A stretch of 64,000 nucleotides of DNA from Elusimicrobiota bacterium (GCA_016204975.1 JACQJP010000055.1:2098-66097), one strand, 5' to 3'. Shown: positions 55,101 to 63,684, numbered from the stretch's first letter. Notes: generated by a model from the sequence alone, not told the origin. A program made the numbers and translations.

Positions 55101-56806
55101 GAACAGGACTTTTGCAAATCTATGAAGAAGGGGATGGGCAGGGATTGCCTGGAGAAAACCGTGGTTTGGCCGGCACGGGCATACAGCCGGCCAAATTGCC
55201 GGAGGCCGGGCCCCAAAGGCGTGTTGAGCCGGCACTCCCCGACCGTAGTCGGGTCCCGCAGCGAGCCTCGCAAATGGCGAGCGCTTTTCGAAAGGCAACC
55301 CTGGACAGACCCCCAATTCCATTTTGCAAAAGTCCAATAAAAATTTATCTTTTACCGCGACCTTTCCCGTGCCTTCTGCTGGGGCTTGCCCTGGCGACGG
55401 CCTTTCCGGGGCCGGCCACGGGCCTTTCCGAGTCCCAGATACAAACTCTGGAGACCTCCAAGCGCCTGACCCAGGAGATCTACCACCACCCCAGCTTTCA
55501 GAAACCGGAGCTTCAGAGCCCGGCCTGGAACGACCCCAACGAGGGCCTCCTGAGCCAAGCCCGGCTTTGGCAGGACGCCGTCGCCGTTCTCTATGAGTTT
55601 TTTGAGATCACCCGCCGAAGCTATCCTAAAAAACTGGGAGGGGAGGACCTCCCGCCGGGCGTCTTGATGGTGGACTACCAATCCAACCGGGTGCGCTTCC
55701 AAATGGCGCTGGACCGTCTCTACCGGGCCCACCTCGGAGATTCCCTGGACGGCAAGGGAAGATCCCTGATCAGCATGATGGAGATGGCGCTCAAGGAGAT
55801 GGACAGCTTCTTAAACGCCATCGCCACCAGCCGCGCCAAACAATACCAGGACTCCCTGCTGGCCATCGGGCAGTTCACCGCCATCCTCCATCGCACCTTT
55901 GAGGCCCCTCCCCGGGGAGGGGGAGGAGCCGCTCCCCGGGTTCCGGGCGCGATCACTCTGGGGCTCGTCCTGGGATGTCTGATATTCGCCTTCCTGGCGC
56001 TCTGGAGCCTGCTCTCCCAATACCACGATATCCTGGACCGGCAAATCCACCAGCACTGGGAAAGATCCAAGATGTGGGCCTATGAATTCAATAAGCAGTT
56101 TATCCAGATCCGGGTCCAATACCTGGTCTTGGCGCCGGCAGGCCTGGGAATACTGTTGGGGGTGCTCTCCGGGAGCGTTTTCGGCTTCCTGCTCTTGTCC
56201 GCGATGGGAGCGCTCACCGGTTTCTATGCCCCAAAGTGGCTCTTGAACTCCATCCGCCAAAGGCGGGGGCGCAAAATCGAGGCGCAGTTGATGGATGCCC
56301 TGATCCTTTTATCCAACGCCCTCAAGTCCGGCTTAGACCTCGTGCAGGGCTTTGAGCTGGTGCAAAAGGAGCTTCAGCCTCCCATCTCGGAGGAATTCGG
56401 GCTGGTGCTCAAAAACTATCAACTGGGCACTCCCTTTGAAACCGCCTTGGAAGGGTTGGAGGAGCGCGTAGAAAGCCGGCTCCTGAGCTACTTGGTCAAA
56501 GCGGTGCTCATCCAAAGGCAGGTGGGCGGCAACCTCACCCGCATCTTCGACCGCATCGTGGAGAGCATCCGGGAGGAAGGAAAACTCCAGCAGAAGGCCC
56601 GGGCCTTGACCGCTCAGCAACGCATGCAGGCGCTGGTGGTGGGATTTATGCCCTGGATCATGTTTCTGATTCTGTTCATGATCCAGCCCAAACTGATGGC
56701 CGATTTCTACTTGAAGCCCATGGGGTTGCTGGTGCTGCTGGGAATGATCCTGTGGGAGATGATTGGCCTGCAGATCATTCGAGGCATGGCCAACATCCGG
56801 GTGTAA
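55097..56806 (+). CDS. TadB-like (T2SS-F domain) inner-membrane platform protein; N-terminal about 80 codons are the in-frame read-through of a MITE
   Basis: ATG at 55097 overlaps the tadA TGA (ATGA). Codons 4-80 are MITE sequence. The C-terminal 300 aa form the TadB/GspF-like domain (LSNALKSGLDLVQGFELV...). Confidence 0.6.
   Translation: MRTGLLQIYEEGDGQGLPGENRGLAGTGIQPAKLPEAGPQRRVEPALPDRSRVPQRASQMASAFRKATLDRPPIPFCKSPIKIYLLPRPFPCLLLGLALATAFPGPATGLSESQIQTLETSKRLTQEIYHHPSFQKPELQSPAWNDPNEGLLSQARLWQDAVAVLYEFFEITRRSYPKKLGGEDLPPGVLMVDYQSNRVRFQMALDRLYRAHLGDSLDGKGRSLISMMEMALKEMDSFLNAIATSRAKQYQDSLLAIGQFTAILHRTFEAPPRGGGGAAPRVPGAITLGLVLGCLIFAFLALWSLLSQYHDILDRQIHQHWERSKMWAYEFNKQFIQIRVQYLVLAPAGLGILLGVLSGSVFGFLLLSAMGALTGFYAPKWLLNSIRQRRGRKIEAQLMDALILLSNALKSGLDLVQGFELVQKELQPPISEEFGLVLKNYQLGTPFETALEGLEERVESRLLSYLVKAVLIQRQVGGNLTRIFDRIVESIREEGKLQQKARALTAQQRMQALVVGFMPWIMFLILFMIQPKLMADFYLKPMGLLVLLGMILWEMIGLQIIRGMANIRV
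55106..55335. mobile_element. MITE-like element (230 bp) with terminal inverted repeats GGACTTTTGCAAA / TTTGCAAAAGTCC, carrying a nested 55-bp palindromic element
   Basis: Termini read directly. The interior is collinear with the 60176-60350 copy except for a 55-bp insertion at 55204-55258. Confidence 0.65.
55204..55258. repeat. 55-bp palindromic repeat element, copy C (reverse orientation, nested inside the MITE)
   Basis: Reverse complement of ggccgggccccaaaggcgtgttgagccggcactccccgaccgtagtcgggtcccg equals copy A. The insertion site in the MITE-60 copy is empty (gctcgc|tccggcaat). Confidence 0.7.
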
Positions 56807-56808
56807 AA

Positions 56809-57696
56809 ATGAGCGTTGGGATCCTTCTCACCATTCTCGCTGCGTTCGGGGTGTTTCTCATCGTCTACCAGCTTCTCCGCCCGGCTCCCGCTCCGGGATC
56901 CGCCGGCTTTGCCGAGGCAGGCCTCCCCAAAACTGGACCGGGGGGCTACGTGGAACCGAATCCCCAGGGCAGCCTTTGGGAGAGGCTGGACGCCAAAATG
57001 CTGAAGATAACCTTTTTGAAAAACAGCCTGGAACGATACTATCTCCTTTTAGGGCAACCCAGCCGCTTCAGTCCGGTGGCCATACTGCATGCCAAGCAGG
57101 GGACGGCCTTCTGCGCGGTCTTGGCCGGGGCCTTGCTGCTGGGCACCCTCCATCCCCTGACCCTGCTGATCCTGGCCCTGTTGGGATTCTCCCTTCCGGA
57201 CCTCCTCTTCAGCCAACGCATCCGCAAAAGGCAGGACCAGATCTTGCGGAATTTCCCCACCCTGGTGGATCTTGTGGCGCTGACCGTCGAATCCGGACTG
57301 GATTACCTGGCCTCTTTCGAACGCATCCTGCGCAACACCCGCCAGCACAGCCCCTTGGAGGAGGAATTGCAAAAAAGCTTGAACGAAGTCCAGCTGGGGT
57401 ATCTGCGGCGAGAGGCCCTGCGTCATTTTGCGCAGCGAACCGGCATCCAGGAGCTGCGCTCCTTTGTGGGTCTCATCCTGCAATCGGATGAGCTGGGAAC
57501 GAGCCTCGTGGAACTTTTGCGCAACTTCGCCCAGGACATGCGCTTTAGGCGCCTCAGCCGCGCGGAGCGCCTGGCTTCTGAAGCCTCCACCAAGATGCTT
57601 TTTCCGCTGTTCTTTTTTATCTTCCCCACCGTTTTCGTCTTGATGTTCGCGCCTCTGCTCAACGCCTTGATCAAAGGAGGGGGGCTTCCCTTTTAA
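56809..57696 (+). CDS. TadC-like (T2SS-F domain) inner-membrane protein
   Basis: MSVGILLTILAAFGVFLIV... and a T2SSF-type helical domain. The ORF track start is upstream, inside tadB. Confidence 0.65.
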   Translation: MSVGILLTILAAFGVFLIVYQLLRPAPAPGSAGFAEAGLPKTGPGGYVEPNPQGSLWERLDAKMLKITFLKNSLERYYLLLGQPSRFSPVAILHAKQGTAFCAVLAGALLLGTLHPLTLLILALLGFSLPDLLFSQRIRKRQDQILRNFPTLVDLVALTVESGLDYLASFERILRNTRQHSPLEEELQKSLNEVQLGYLRREALRHFAQRTGIQELRSFVGLILQSDELGTSLVELLRNFAQDMRFRRLSRAERLASEASTKMLFPLFFFIFPTVFVLMFAPLLNALIKGGGLPF

Positions 57697-58979
57697 TGAA
57701 CCGCCTATTGCTGTGGGTAGGAGCTCTCCTGTACCTGCCGGCGGCCGCGCAGGCTCAATCCTTGCGCTCGGCGAGCACGCAACCCTCCGTCAGCGAAAGG
57801 CTCTTCTGGGACCTTTCCAAGACCCAGGTGGGGACCCTCTCCACCCAACAGGAAAGAAAACGCTATCTCACCACCATCCAGGCGGAAAAGGGCCGCATCA
57901 CCCAAAGCTCCCTGGATATCATCTACGAAAACGCCATGGACCTCTATCGGAGAGGCGAATATGAAGAGGCAGCGGAGCTCTCCGGAACCATCCTCTCGGT
58001 GGACCCCAACTTCCGTGGGGCCTTAGCCCTGCGGGACGCGGCCACCAAGCTTCAATCCGGAAAGGGCACCGGCCTTTCCCCCCAAAGCCTTCTGGAAGAC
58101 AAATTTGAAAGAGGCCTGGCCCTCTACCGCCAGGGCCGCCTGGTGGAGGCGGCGCGCCTCTTCGAAGAAACCGTCCAGCTGGACCCCTGGAACCTGAAGG
58201 CCAGGGACTGGCTCCGGCGCACCCATTATCAAATCGCCGAAAGGCGCACCCTGCGGGGGCAGGCGCTGTACGCGCAGGGAAAAATCGAGGAGGCCCTCCA
58301 AATGTGGTACGGAGCGGTGGTGCTCAACCCGCAATTTCCGGGCTTGCGGGGGCAGATCACCCTGGCGGAATCGGCGCTGCGGGACCGGGAAACCGGCGAA
58401 TCCCTGGCGCAGGCCCTAGGCCACTACAACCGCAAGGAACACGAAAAGGCATTGCAAAGCCTGAGCGAAGCCCTACAGATGGACCCCGCCAACCTCCGGG
58501 CGCAACGCCTGACGCAGGAGATCCGCCGGGAGATGGGAGTGAAGTATCTCCAAGAAGGCCAAAAGCTCTATCGCCAGGAGAAACTCAACTCCGCCATCCA
58601 CCAGTTCCAAAAGGCCCGCCCCTACGGCCTAGAGCAAGAGGCGGACCTTTGGATCGCCCGTTCCCGGGGAAAAATTCAGCAGCTCAAGAAGGCCCGCGCC
58701 GAAATGGCCCGCGTGGAGCGGAAAAGAAAGGAGAAGGAAAAAGAGCAGCCTTCCGCCGCCCAGGCCCAAGCCCCCGAATCCGCCGCCCCTTCCGCCGTCC
58801 TGCCCACCGAGGAGGCCAAGCGGATGGCCAACAAACACTACTTCTCCGGGGTCATATATTTTCAGAAGGGGGATTACGAACACGCCCGGAACGAATGGCA
58901 GATCGCCAATCAGCTCGACCCGGCCCATGAGGACGCCCACATCGGTCTGCAGCGCATCCAAGGCATCCTCGGTCCCTAG
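57696..58979 (+). CDS. secreted TPR-repeat protein (TadD-like position in the Tad locus) with a K/E-rich tail
   Basis: Signal peptide MNRLLLWVGALLYLPAAAQAQ and multiple TPR-like helices. TAATG overlap with tadC. Confidence 0.55.
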   Translation: MNRLLLWVGALLYLPAAAQAQSLRSASTQPSVSERLFWDLSKTQVGTLSTQQERKRYLTTIQAEKGRITQSSLDIIYENAMDLYRRGEYEEAAELSGTILSVDPNFRGALALRDAATKLQSGKGTGLSPQSLLEDKFERGLALYRQGRLVEAARLFEETVQLDPWNLKARDWLRRTHYQIAERRTLRGQALYAQGKIEEALQMWYGAVVLNPQFPGLRGQITLAESALRDRETGESLAQALGHYNRKEHEKALQSLSEALQMDPANLRAQRLTQEIRREMGVKYLQEGQKLYRQEKLNSAIHQFQKARPYGLEQEADLWIARSRGKIQQLKKARAEMARVERKRKEKEKEQPSAAQAQAPESAAPSAVLPTEEAKRMANKHYFSGVIYFQKGDYEHARNEWQIANQLDPAHEDAHIGLQRIQGILGP

Positions 58980-59038
58980 GACGCTGGCGAGCGCTGCGAG
59001 CCCGCCTGGTACCCGAAGCTCTGCGGAGGGTGCTAGCT

Positions 59039-60172
59039 ATGTCCATTAAGCTCAAATGGGGAGTGACCTTTTTGATGATCGCCGTCTATGCGATGGTGTT
59101 GGGAGGAATCTTCTACTACAACCTCTTCCGGTGGACCTTCGAGGAGCAGCTCAAAAACGACACCCTGCAGATCATCCGGACCCATGCCCCCTCGCTTCTG
59201 AAGGGTCTGCAGAAAAACCCCGCCGTCATCACCTTGGAGGAGATGGACATCCTGCAAACCTTGGCCCGCAACAAAAACATCGCCCAGGTGCTCTACCTCA
59301 ACAAATATGGGGAGGTACGCTGGCACCGCGACCCTTCCCGCATCAACCTGCCCTTCGAGGAGCACCAAAAGCAGGCCGGGCCGACCACCGACGCCATCCA
59401 GCAGGCCTACCTGGCCAAGGCCCCCAAGATCCGCAGCTTCGAGCGGGAAAACCAAAGATTCTACGAGATCGCCGCTCCCATCCTCTCTCGCAACGAACCC
59501 ACCGGCATCCTCTCCCTGCATGTGACCCGAGAGGAGGTCTCCCAAACCATCGGGGCGGCCATGAAAAAATACGCCGTGGGGGCCCTGGGAATCGTTCTGA
59601 TCCTGGGCATCCCCCTCCAGATATTCTTCAGCCGATTTGTCTTTCATCCCCTGCAGATGCTGCTGGATGCGGTGGAAAACCTGAATACCCGAAACCTGGA
59701 GCTAAAGTTTCCTAAAAGGCGGGACGAATTTGGTAAACTAGCCCAAAACCTCCAGTCCCTGCTGGGACGCCTGCGGGAGGAGTTGGCTGCGGTTCAGCAT
59801 AAAGGGGAGCAGCGAGGCCGCTGGGAGCAGAGGCGCTGGGAATCCTTGGTGCGCGTTCTGGCCCAGAGCCGCCAGGCCATCATCGTGGATGAAAACAACA
59901 ACGTCCTCTACACCAATTTTCCGGTCCTCAAGGCCGCCACCCAAGGCATGGGGACCTCCAAGCTCCACCTGTTGGACGTGGTGGACAGCCGGCAGCAAGA
60001 GCTTCTGCGCTTGGTCAACTGGGCCCTGGAACACCCCAATGAGCCGGCGGAAGGAGACACCGACTTTCGGGGCCGCCCCTGCCACGTGCGCATCCTAAAC
60101 CTGGAGGACACCGGGGAAGACCGTCGGACCATCATACTGTTCGAACCTAAAAAAGAAAGCACCTGGATATAA
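59039..60172 (+). CDS. two-TM sensor-like protein with a periplasmic domain and a HAMP domain but no kinase output
   Basis: TM1 WGVTFLMIAVYAMVLGGIFYY. TM2 plus HAMP: LGIVLILGIPLQIFFSRFVFHPLQMLLDAVENLNTRNLELKFPKRRDEFGKLAQNLQSLLGRL. Confidence 0.5.
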   Translation: MSIKLKWGVTFLMIAVYAMVLGGIFYYNLFRWTFEEQLKNDTLQIIRTHAPSLLKGLQKNPAVITLEEMDILQTLARNKNIAQVLYLNKYGEVRWHRDPSRINLPFEEHQKQAGPTTDAIQQAYLAKAPKIRSFERENQRFYEIAAPILSRNEPTGILSLHVTREEVSQTIGAAMKKYAVGALGIVLILGIPLQIFFSRFVFHPLQMLLDAVENLNTRNLELKFPKRRDEFGKLAQNLQSLLGRLREELAAVQHKGEQRGRWEQRRWESLVRVLAQSRQAIIVDENNNVLYTNFPVLKAATQGMGTSKLHLLDVVDSRQQELLRLVNWALEHPNEPAEGDTDFRGRPCHVRILNLEDTGEDRRTIILFEPKKESTWI

Positions 60173-60175
60173 AAT

Positions 60176-60350
60176 GGACTTTTGCAAAATGGAATTGGGG
60201 GTTCGTCCGGGGGTTGCCTTCCGAAAAACGCTCGCCATTTGCGAGGCTCGCTCCGGCAATTTGGCCGGCTGTATGCCCGTGCCGGCCAAATCACGGTTTT
60301 CTCCAGGCAATCCCCCGGCCACCCCCTTCTCTATAAATTTGCAAAAGTCC
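60176..60350. mobile_element. MITE-like element (175 bp), the shortest and cleanest copy, with terminal inverted repeats GGACTTTTGCAAA / TTTGCAAAAGTCC
   Basis: Termini read directly. Internal gggttgccttccgaaaaacgctcgccatttgcgaggctcgc is the reverse complement of the 55-kb copy's interior. Confidence 0.65.
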
Positions 60351-60375
60351 AGTATAAACAAAAAGGAGGTCGTAC

Positions 60376-60669
60376 ATGAGCTATGAAATTCGCTCCATCC
60401 CGATCAAGTCCCTGATCGTTTCGGTGGTCCCTGCGGTTCTTTTCTTCCTGGGACTTTTCGGGGGCATCGTCACGTTCTTTCTCGTCCCCAACCCGCAGTT
60501 GGGGGGGCTGGGCCCCAGCGTCCGCCTCATGGCCACGGGCCTATTCGCCCTGCTCTACATGGCCCTGATGAACGCGCTCTTGGTGGTGGCCGCCTTCCTC
60601 TATAACCTCTTTGTCAACTCCATAGGCCTGCGGGGCATCCGCGTGGAGATGGAATCGGAAGAAACATAA
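60376..60669 (+). CDS. small two-TM membrane protein, hypothetical
   Basis: 97 aa, two hydrophobic helices, AGGAGG RBS upstream of the ATG at 60376. Confidence 0.3.
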   Translation: MSYEIRSIPIKSLIVSVVPAVLFFLGLFGGIVTFFLVPNPQLGGLGPSVRLMATGLFALLYMALMNALLVVAAFLYNLFVNSIGLRGIRVEMESEET

Positions 60670-60701
60670 CCTGCGGAGGCGATCCGCAAGGAGGGGCCTA
60701 A

Positions 60702-61406
60702 ACCATCGTCAAGCTCATCTTTGCCTCAAACGAGCCCGCCCGCGCGCTCTCCATTCTGGAGGAACTCTCCAAGCAAAAGTTCGAGGTCTCCACCCTCCAC
60801 AGCGCCAAAGAGGTGCGGGAAAAAATCGCCCGGGGGGAGTGCGATCTCCTGGTCCTCAACAAAAGTCTCCAGGATGGCAGCGGCCTCCAGCTCCTGCGCG
60901 CCTTGCGGGAGCGCCGGGAAACCCGCCACCTGGCCGTCGTCGCCCTCCTGGGCCCCCAAGAAAGCGGCCAACGCCTGGAGTACTTCCAGGCCGGGGCGGA
61001 CGAATGCCTTTCTTTAAATCAGGACATCCAGGAGTGCGTCGCCCGCATGAAGGCGGTCCTGCGGCGGCTCCACCCCCAGGTCCGGGAGGAGATCCTGCGC
61101 GCCGGGGACATCGAACTCAACCTTTCCCACTATGTGGTGCGGGTCAAAGGCCGGGAGATCCGCTTGACCTCCAAGGAGCTGGATCTTTTATACGTCTTCA
61201 TGAACGCGCCCCAACGGGTCCTGAGCCGTCCCTACTTGATCGAGCGGGTCTGGGGGTACAACTACTTCGGCTCTCCCAGGACCGTGGACGTCCATGTCCG
61301 GCGCCTGCGGCAGAAACTCGGAAAAACGGCAGCCGCCTATATCCAAACCCTCTCCTGCGTCGGCTATAAGCTGGTGCCCCCGGACGCGGGCACAAAACGC
61401 AAATGA
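60702..61406 (+). CDS. OmpR/PhoB-family DNA-binding regulator with a degenerate (pseudo-)receiver domain; no canonical start codon
   Basis: Receiver fold KLIFASNEP..FEVSTLHSAKEV..CDLLVLNKSLQDGSG has N at the phospho-acceptor position and ASNEP in place of the acidic pocket. C-terminal winged helix LTSKELDLLYVFMNAPQRVLSRPYLIERVWG...TVDVHVRRLRQKLG. The ORF track starts at the GTG at 60813, inside the receiver. Confidence 0.6.
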   Translation, partial: TIVKLIFASNEPARALSILEELSKQKFEVSTLHSAKEVREKIARGECDLLVLNKSLQDGSGLQLLRALRERRETRHLAVVALLGPQESGQRLEYFQAGADECLSLNQDIQECVARMKAVLRRLHPQVREEILRAGDIELNLSHYVVRVKGREIRLTSKELDLLYVFMNAPQRVLSRPYLIERVWGYNYFGSPRTVDVHVRRLRQKLGKTAAAYIQTLSCVGYKLVPPDAGTKRK

Positions 61407-61792
61407 GCACCATCCTGATTGTAGACGACGACGCAAATCTCCGGGAGTCCCTGGCGGAGATCCTGGAGCTGGAGGGTTTTGATTGTCTGACCGCAGCCAC
61501 CTTCAAGGAGGGCATCCAGACCGCCCGCTCGAAATCCCCTCATGCAGTGGTGATGGACATCCAACTGCCGGACTCCACGGGTTTCCAGCTCTGCCAGGAA
61601 CTGCGCAAAAGCTCGCCCCACACTACGCTCATCTTGATGTCGGGCAGGTTTCTATCCAGCGAGGAGAAAAGACAGGGGTTTGACCTGGGGGCGGACGAGT
61701 ATCTGACCAAACCCTTCGATCCAAAGGAGCTGATCCTGCGCATCCGGCAGCTCCTGAAAGGGCATCAGGGAGGAGACTCGAAAGCCAGATGA
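61403..61792 (+). CDS. single-domain CheY-like response regulator
   Basis: MSTILIVDDDANLRESLAEILELEGFDCL...VVMDIQLPDSTG...TKPF is canonical. Confidence 0.8.
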   Translation: MSTILIVDDDANLRESLAEILELEGFDCLTAATFKEGIQTARSKSPHAVVMDIQLPDSTGFQLCQELRKSSPHTTLILMSGRFLSSEEKRQGFDLGADEYLTKPFDPKELILRIRQLLKGHQGGDSKAR

Positions 61793-63684
61793 AAAGAGGC
61801 AAGCTTTTCTCCAAATTCCTGTTTTGGTTTTTGCTGATTTCACTCATTCCCCTGGTCGGCATGGGATACCACCTGGTCACCCTCACCCAGGATTCCCTGC
61901 GGGAGGAATCCCTGCGCGTTCAGGAGGCGGCCACCCGCCGAATCTCCGAGACGGTCGTGCACTACGTCAAAACCTTTCGCAACGTCCTCGCGGTCACCGC
62001 CCGCATTGAATCCTTCACCTCCATGGACCCGGACGTCCAACGCCGGATACTGGAGCGGATCATGGAAGCCCACCCGGTCTTTCTGAGGCTCTCCGTCCTC
62101 AACCTAAACGGCGTGGAAACCGTGCACCTGGAAAGATTCTCCGGATCTCCCGTCCCTTCCTCCCCAGACCACGCCACCTCCCTGGCGTACCTGACCGCCA
62201 TTCGGGAAGGCGAATACATCGGATCGCTGGAGCACATTGAAAACTATCCCATCGTCACCATCGCTCTGGTGGTGGAGGACCCCTCCCGAAGAAAAGCGGT
62301 GGGGACCCTGCAAGGCAAAATCAACCTGATCGGCCTAAGCTACATGCTTCAGCAGGTCCCTGCCAGCGAGGCCGGGGCGGCCTTCGTGGCCGGTCCCCAG
62401 GGCTTTCTGATCGCTCACTCCGATCCCCAAAAGGTCTTAGCGCCCAAAGAGACCCTCTCCCCCACAATCTCGGAGGCCATCCAAACAAGCCAAGAGGACT
62501 CCGGGGGTAGAGAGATGCAACTGGAAAGCGGCGAAAAAATTCTAGGCAGCTTTACCCACATCAAGGAACTGGGTTGGGTCGCCTTTCTGCAACAGCCCCT
62601 GGAAGAGGCCCTGGGCACCGCCCGAACCATGAGAAAGCAGATCCTGACCGCCTTGTGGATAGTCATCCTGGCCACCTTTCTGTTGAGCTTCATGGTGGCC
62701 AATCACATCACCCAGCCCATCCGCGCCCTGCAGGCGGCCTCGGCCCAGATCGCCGCCGGAAACTTCGATCTGCCGGAGATGGCGGATACCGGAGACGAGA
62801 TCGGGGAGCTGGGGCAGGCCTTTCAAAAGATGGGTTCCATCATCCAGCAAAAAACCCAGCAGCTCCTTGGAGCCAAAGAGGAGCTGGAAAAACTCAACCG
62901 CTCTCTGGAAAACCGGGTGGATGCGCGCACCCGGGAGTTGCATGCCGCGCAGAATGAGCTCATCCACAAAGAGAGGCTGGCGGCGATCGGGCAGATGGCT
63001 TCGGTGGTCGGCCACGAAATCCGGAACCCCCTGGCGGTCATCAACAACTCCATCTACTTCATCAAGGCCAAGATGAGCGCCAACGGAAAGGACCTGGACC
63101 CAAAACTCCTCAAGCATATCCAGATCATCGAGTCCGAGATTCAGCAGGCCAACTCCATCATCAACGAGATATTGACCTTCGCCCGCACCCGGGAGCTCAA
63201 GCCCGAGCGGCACAACTTCCACCACTTCTTAGAAGAACTTCTGACCTCCTATCCCTTCCCGGATGCCGTGGAACTGCGCAAGCAGATTCCCCCGGGGGAA
63301 ATCTGGGTGATCATGGACGCCGACGAGATCCGCCAGGCCCTGCGCAATATCCTGGGAAATTCCATCCAGGCCATGACGGAGGGGGGAAAAATCTTCGTGA
63401 GCCTAAAGCCGCATCCCCCAAAATCCATCCAACTGGAAATCTCGGATACCGGCCCCGGCATCCCCGCGGAAATCCTGGACAAGGTGTTCACGCCTTTTTT
63501 CACCACCAAACCCAGCGGCACGGGGCTCGGCTTGGCGGTGGTAAGAAAGGTGATGGATCGCCACCACGGCACGGTAGAGGTCCGCTCCGTGCCGGGCCAG
63601 GGAACCTCCTTCACCCTGCACCTGCCCCTGCCCGCTGCTGCCGCCCCCTCCCCGGGCGCCGCCCAGAAAAAAGACCATGCCTGA
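61789..63684 (+). CDS. sensor histidine kinase (two TM helices, periplasmic Cache-like domain, HAMP, HisKA, HATPase_c)
   Basis: H-box VGHEIRNPLAVINNSIYF, N/G boxes NILGNSIQAM, DTGPGIPAE, GTGLGLAVV. Confidence 0.8.
   Translation: MKRGKLFSKFLFWFLLISLIPLVGMGYHLVTLTQDSLREESLRVQEAATRRISETVVHYVKTFRNVLAVTARIESFTSMDPDVQRRILERIMEAHPVFLRLSVLNLNGVETVHLERFSGSPVPSSPDHATSLAYLTAIREGEYIGSLEHIENYPIVTIALVVEDPSRRKAVGTLQGKINLIGLSYMLQQVPASEAGAAFVAGPQGFLIAHSDPQKVLAPKETLSPTISEAIQTSQEDSGGREMQLESGEKILGSFTHIKELGWVAFLQQPLEEALGTARTMRKQILTALWIVILATFLLSFMVANHITQPIRALQAASAQIAAGNFDLPEMADTGDEIGELGQAFQKMGSIIQQKTQQLLGAKEELEKLNRSLENRVDARTRELHAAQNELIHKERLAAIGQMASVVGHEIRNPLAVINNSIYFIKAKMSANGKDLDPKLLKHIQIIESEIQQANSIINEILTFARTRELKPERHNFHHFLEELLTSYPFPDAVELRKQIPPGEIWVIMDADEIRQALRNILGNSIQAMTEGGKIFVSLKPHPPKSIQLEISDTGPGIPAEILDKVFTPFFTTKPSGTGLGLAVVRKVMDRHHGTVEVRSVPGQGTSFTLHLPLPAAAAPSPGAAQKKDHA

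Noticed and set aside
55122-55340. Short ORFs fully inside the MITE copies (55122..55340, 60174..60386, 60182..60379, 55074..55337 minus)
   Set aside because: These lie within non-autonomous repeat elements, in different frames in different copies. They are read-through artefacts rather than conserved peptides.
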